Below are positions 33,651 to 38,173 of a DNA stretch of 38,173 nucleotides, piece by piece. Made by a program: the position numbers and the translations under genes. Below the pieces are notes generated by a model. It was not told where the DNA came from, made no database searches, and saw only the letters and a program-made list of their open reading frames with translations. The stretch's first letter is position 1, and the number at the start of each line of letters is the position of its first letter. Origin of the DNA: Octopus sinensis (Eukaryota); NCBI RefSeq assembly GCF_006345805.1, contig NW_021829867.1:1-38173 (forward strand). Reading direction: 5' to 3'.

Positions 33651-34307
33651 ATATATACATACGTCAAAGAAATTTAGTAGCTATGGAACATAAAATCGTT
33701 TAAAAGCGACATTAACCGGAAATGATTAAAATATTGTTATACGATCAGATGATAGATTTTTCATCTGTTAGAATCATCTCACTTTTGCTCGATAAGTATT
33801 GATCATCGATCTCTTCCCAAATACGATGTCAAAAGCCAACATTAAAATGAAGTACATTTCTAATTTCATTGTTAGACCCTCCAGTGTTCACATTGTCATC
33901 CACCATTCTCTTCCTGAAGAATCTCTGAAGCTTAAGCTGGATGTGCTAGAAATAGCAGCCAAATATTTCCTCTGAGCAGACGATAGATTCATTTAACGAT
34001 CGTGTCACTTCAGAAAATCAAGTTATCAATAACGATAATAATTTAAATGGTATATATAATGATTGACATGGAAGCAAACGATACAAATTCATTTAACAAT
34101 AGTTCGTTTCTGAAAATTACGTTTGTGAAATAAAGTATATGATAGAGAAATTATAACAATTCTGAAGAGGAAATAAAGGTTTTAGCAGCTTTAAAGTTAT
34201 GGGAAAGGAATTTTCGTTATCAAAGTAGCAATATTTTATACGAAAGAAGGATGACAGGCGAGGATTTTGTGGTGTGAAGGGTCTTCAATTGTATATATCC
34301 TGGTCTG

Positions 34308-34340
<33 letters not shown>

Positions 34341-34418
34341 TTGTGCCTGTGTGTGTGTTATGCACTGAGATATATAAAGATTATAATAATGGACACAATT
34401 ATATTCCAAACTTCTATA

Positions 34419-34830
34419 GGCGCGGGAGTGGCTGTGTGGTAAGTAGCTTGCTTACCAACCACATTGTTCCGGGTTCAATCCCACTGCGTGGCACTTTGGG
34501 CGAGCGTCTTCTACTATAGCCTCGGGCCGACTAAAGCCTTGTGAGTGGATTTAGTAGACGGAAACTGAAAGAAGCCCGTTGTATATATGCATATACATAT
34601 ATTTCTATGTGTGTGTTTGTGTGTCAGTGTTTGTTCCCCCCCCCAACATCGCTTGACAACCGATGCTGGTGTGTTAATGTCCCTGTAAGTTAGCGGTTCG
34701 TCAAAAGAGACGATAGAAGAAGTACTAGGCTTACATGAATAAGTCCTTGGGTCGATTTACTCGACAAAAGGCGGTGCTCCAGCACGGCCACATTCAAATC
34801 ACTGAAACAAGTAAAAGAGTAAAAAAGAGA
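34419..34830 (+). mobile_element. SINE family A, full length
   Basis: A-box tggctgtgtgg (34429-34439), B-box gggttcaatcc (34471-34481), CORE-like ggcactttgggcgag block, internal TA/GT tract, and aagtaaaagag tail. Confidence 0.92.
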
Positions 34831-35227
34831 GAGAGAGAGCTCATCTGTACCCAAACCTTCAATAGTTTGATGTCCTATTTTCATAGGAGTGAGGGGAAGA
34901 GGGAGAGGAAAACATGCAGGGGCCTCTAAACTGTTTAACGTATTTGTATCTGAGAAAGTCTCCAGTATTCTTGATGCCTTCTGCAAAAAGTGAAAGATAA
35001 AAAAGGAAATTGGAAAAAAAAACTAATTGTCTTCCAGTATCTGTGTGTGTGTCTGTGTGCGTGTGTGTGTGTGTCTGTGTGTGTTTGTGTGTGATGCAAT
35101 GTGATATAAATAACCATGCCTATAAGTTTCTTTAATATAAAACTGAAGTGAATATTAATGATAATATTAAATGATAATATTAAATGACATAATTTCATTG
35201 TGAAGGAGGTTTAATCTTTAATGTTTT

Positions 35228-36287
35228 CAGTCTCGTCCACCACACTACTTGTTTAGCCACCGGGCAGAAGAAACTGCTTTTCCTTCCCGGCCTAAAGAAG
35301 GTGGCGGGGCGATCTTTACAATGAACTCGGCTCGTAAACTGGACGAACGACTGCATGCAGGACTATTTCATCGGCCTGCGCACACCCCCTACATATCCGT
35401 CCGACAACACTTTCGTATCTGTAGAGCTTGTCTTGAATCGGCAGAGCTCCCCGGTAGCACTGCCAGGCCAGGGATTTCTGGAAGTTAAAGACCAGTTAGT
35501 TGATTCCCTCCACCAACGCCCAGAATTTACCCCGATTTCGTCGTTGTTCTTTCCCCTCTACTAATCCCCTATAGAAATCCATGGTGGAACTTTCAACGCC
35601 CGCGTTGCCGACTGGCAGAAAGCTGTGAGAGCTTGCCGACACTCCAGGTGCCAAGCGCCCTTTCTTGGCCAACGCTTGACTCAGTACTGTAGCTTCTTCA
35701 GTGAGACGAGCTGCGGAAAGTCCCGTTTGACAAACAGTCAATCCCCCATGCTCACCGTTAAAGAAACGCAGGAGATGTCTCCGTCTCAGCGCATGTCTGC
35801 AAATCATTAACGACGGCATGTCCAGTACTCCACTGAGAGGTTGTTGACAGCAGATAGAACGTCTGATGAGCGGAACACGTCCCTTCTTTAGAAAGCAGAA
35901 TAACAAACGCTCTAACTTTATCGGGCATGGGACTACATTCAGGCAGTCATGACGGAAGCGAGGTACGCATTAGGCATCTCGATTCGACCCTTAACGAACA
36001 GCTTCCTCTCTGCCAATTTCTGTGTGAGATCGACTATCCTGTTCGTCACCTCCCACCCGTTGTTGTCCACCTCAAGGTCAAGAGCAAACCAGACCCCAAG
36101 CAGTTTAACCTGTCTTTCCATTTAGGACCCTAAAAACTGTCGGTTGGTATGGGTCTGCCTCTCCATCTGCCGATTTGCAGGCCCACCGACTTCTCTTGGA
36201 TAAGCTTTGCTCGTATCACCGCTTCGTGGACAGTATTATGATGACGTAGTCCGTGTTAGCTGATACGAACATTCCTCATCCTAAGAC
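35228..36287 (-). mobile_element. Tx1/L1-like LINE remnant (RT C-terminus to zinc finger), internally deleted
   Basis: VKLLGVWFALDLEVDNNGWEVTNRIVDLTQKLAERKLFVKGR and FLKKGRVPLIRRSICCQQPLSGVLDMPSL. Confidence 0.88.
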
Positions 36288-36308
36288 ATATATATATATA
36301 TATATATA

Positions 36309-37736
36309 CAATATGTTACATTACTCGGTAGTCAAGATAAAACTCTGAGTTTCAGATGCCGAAGTGGAAATCCACAACACCATCTCTTCGGTTATCTGGC
36401 TATTTGAAAACGTTATGAAAAAATACCGTTAAATAAAGGGAAATTGCTCTGTTATAACTCTGCTTGCCTGCGTACTTATACATCGCTCGCATTTTTCGTC
36501 ATAAAAATTATATAAAAATACATAAAAAATATATAAAAAATATATAAAAATATATAAATTCTTCTTGGGGCATAACATAGAAAGCATGTTCTATCTGTTT
36601 TCTTTAGGGGACCAAAAACGTAACAGAAATTTAGTCACATGTGGGCATGATCCGAAAAGCTCTGTCCTTGTATTTAGACATGTAGTAGGGTCTAAGCTGC
36701 TTTTCCAGATAAGCCATCTCTCCATGTCGCATAGACCGCACCTTCCGCTGCGTTAGTATAGGGCTTACATCTGGCCAAAATCTTCCATTGTATGTTATAA
36801 TCGACACCTTTATCTCTTAAAGACCAAATATGATTAGACAATTGTGTCGCTTTTCTTTTGTTCCAGTGCCTAAAGCTCAAAGTGTGGTTATTGAACCTGG
36901 TCTTGAAATTACCCTCTGTAAGGCCCACGTATTTCTTCGTCGAAACGGTGTCTTTAGTGGTTATAGAGTTTACGGTAGCTTCATATATGATGGTCTTGGA
37001 CATGCAAGCTCCATTTAGCGGGCACAATTCTTTATTCCTGCATGAACAGCTGTTTTCTTCTTGTGTTTTTTGTATGTTATGTTTGATTATGTTTTTAAAA
37101 TTGATAGTTGAACTAAAACTAATTTTTAAATTGTGTCTATTGAAGAGTTTCCTATAATTATGGTTAACTGGAAAATGTCTATCTATCAGTGCTAGGAAAT
37201 ATTTACCTATATTGAAGGCCACCTCGGGTGAGTAAGGGGGCGTAAACCAGATTACCTTCCTATTTCTATTATTCCTTTTCCTTACTGTTGGGCTAGTGAT
37301 AGGTGTATATTTTATTTATCGCTAAAACCACTATCTTTTAAAGCCTTATTATAAACTGGAGCAACGCTATTAAAGATGTCCTCATCAGATGAGAGGCTAG
37401 AAATCCTCTTACTAATATTTTTAACTAAATTTTTGAATACTATAGAGGGATGGCATGGACCTACATTAATGTAACTTAGTCTATCATTGGGCTTCCTATA
37501 AGGCTTATAAATATTCTTATTAAGATCTAAGGAAACGTCTAAGAAATTGACAACCGTCAGGTTAGTATCTATAGTTATACTAAGTCCGAAGTGTTTCATT
37601 AACTGGATAATATCCTTCCTAAAACGATCTTGTGCCGGTCCATTTGAATTAGCTGTTAAGCGAGGGCCTTTTTTCTTATTCTTAATAGCTTTAAACCAGT
37701 TTACGACTTCTATACTATTGGACCATTGTACTAGCC
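36309..37736 (-). mobile_element. Naiad-clade Penelope-like element, 5'-truncated and RT-core-deleted, inserted in (TA)n
   Basis: GLSITIDTNLTVVNFLDVSLDL..PYRKPND, RKVIWFTPPYS..NIGKYFL, linker CSC..CPLNGAC, GIY-YIG IIYEA..YVGLTEGNFKTRFNNH, and C-terminal RCGLC..LNTRTELFGSCPH. At least two frameshifts. The paralogous site near 26810 is empty. Confidence 0.92.
36335..36397 (-). ncRNA. Variant type I hammerhead ribozyme in the Naiad 3' UTR
   Basis: AGATAA-CCGAAGA-GATG...CATC-T-GAA-ACTC-A-GAGT-T-TTATCT. Perfect 6-bp stem I and palindromic stem III. The core has U4C and an extra U before GAAA. Confidence 0.6.
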
Positions 37737-37767
<31 letters not shown>

Positions 37768-38077
37768 GGCGTCTGTATTTCTAATTATATAATTTCGATT
37801 TGAAAAGTTTCAGTCAGCAGTTTATGATGATTGGCGGTAGAAGTGGAAGAGTTAAAATGAGAGAGGGGGAGAAGTAGTGATTGAAGCAAGAGAGAGTGGG
37901 GAAAGAAGATGAGGAGGGTTGATGTGTACGATTTTCAGTGTATGTGTATTTGTCTGTGTGTGTGATGCAATTAGATACATAACCCTGCCTAAGTGTTTAT
38001 TTAATATGAAACTGGAGGGAATATCGCATTAACGATTGCGTTAAATCACATAATTCTACTGTGAAGAAGTGAGTGAA

Positions 38078-38160
38078 ACATTAGACAAGGCGGTGAAAGT
38101 TGGCAGAATTTCAAGTATGTCAGGCGAAATGCTAAGCGATATCTATTCTGCCGTTAAGAG
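38078..38160 (+). mobile_element. SINE family B, 5' part
   Basis: aaggcggtgaaagttggcagaat...ggcgaaatgctaagcgatat. Confidence 0.7.
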
Positions 38161-38173
38161 GCCCATCAAAGCT

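Noticed and set aside
34419-34490. tRNA-like A/B boxes
   Set aside because: This is a SINE head that continues into the SINE body and does not form a complete cloverleaf gene.
34857-34980. Strong minus-strand acceptor at 34982-34981 with open frames
   Set aside because: There is no good donor and the translations are unrecognisable.
36400-36600. SECIS/selenocysteine, which is reported for some Naiad elements
   Set aside because: There is no in-frame TGA at the Cys positions that can be read and no convincing AUGA-AA-GA stem.

Overview
This is eukaryotic, AT-rich, microsatellite- and transposon-dense DNA. The SINE/MITE families resemble those I recall from octopus genomes; that assignment is inference and was not checked by a search. 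Almost all ORFs in the supplied track are simple-repeat or transposon artefacts. The one host gene I can support is a spliced minus-strand leucine-rich-repeat (LRR) gene that the track mostly misses. Coding exon 1 (7100-7290) encodes a signal peptide plus LRR N-cap. Two 72-bp phase-2/phase-2 exons (3508-3579, 1398-1469) each encode one 24-aa LRR. The spliced product reads MFHHVVSYRRSLVLILCTILFLETQADSDICKKCTCNSLTTRINCAHRNLPSIPQPIPTNVEYL-DLRGNKISTIKEGAFTGLSNLKTL-NLRGNNIATIKEGAFTGLSNLKYL and runs off the left edge. The two LRR exons sit in tandem 2.1-2.4 kb intron+exon duplication units separated by long (GAA)n tracts, so the LRR array appears to grow by whole-module duplication. The 31 kb upstream is a mosaic of nested transposons: two hAT elements, a solo LTR, Tx1/L1-like and R4/Dong-like LINE pieces, Penelope/Naiad elements with hammerhead-ribozyme motifs, SINEs and MITEs. 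It also holds local segmental duplications of a six-copy module. Two copies of that module carry a divergent 19-20 nt cassette bounded by AG and GTAAGT, which are candidate alternative 5' leader exons.
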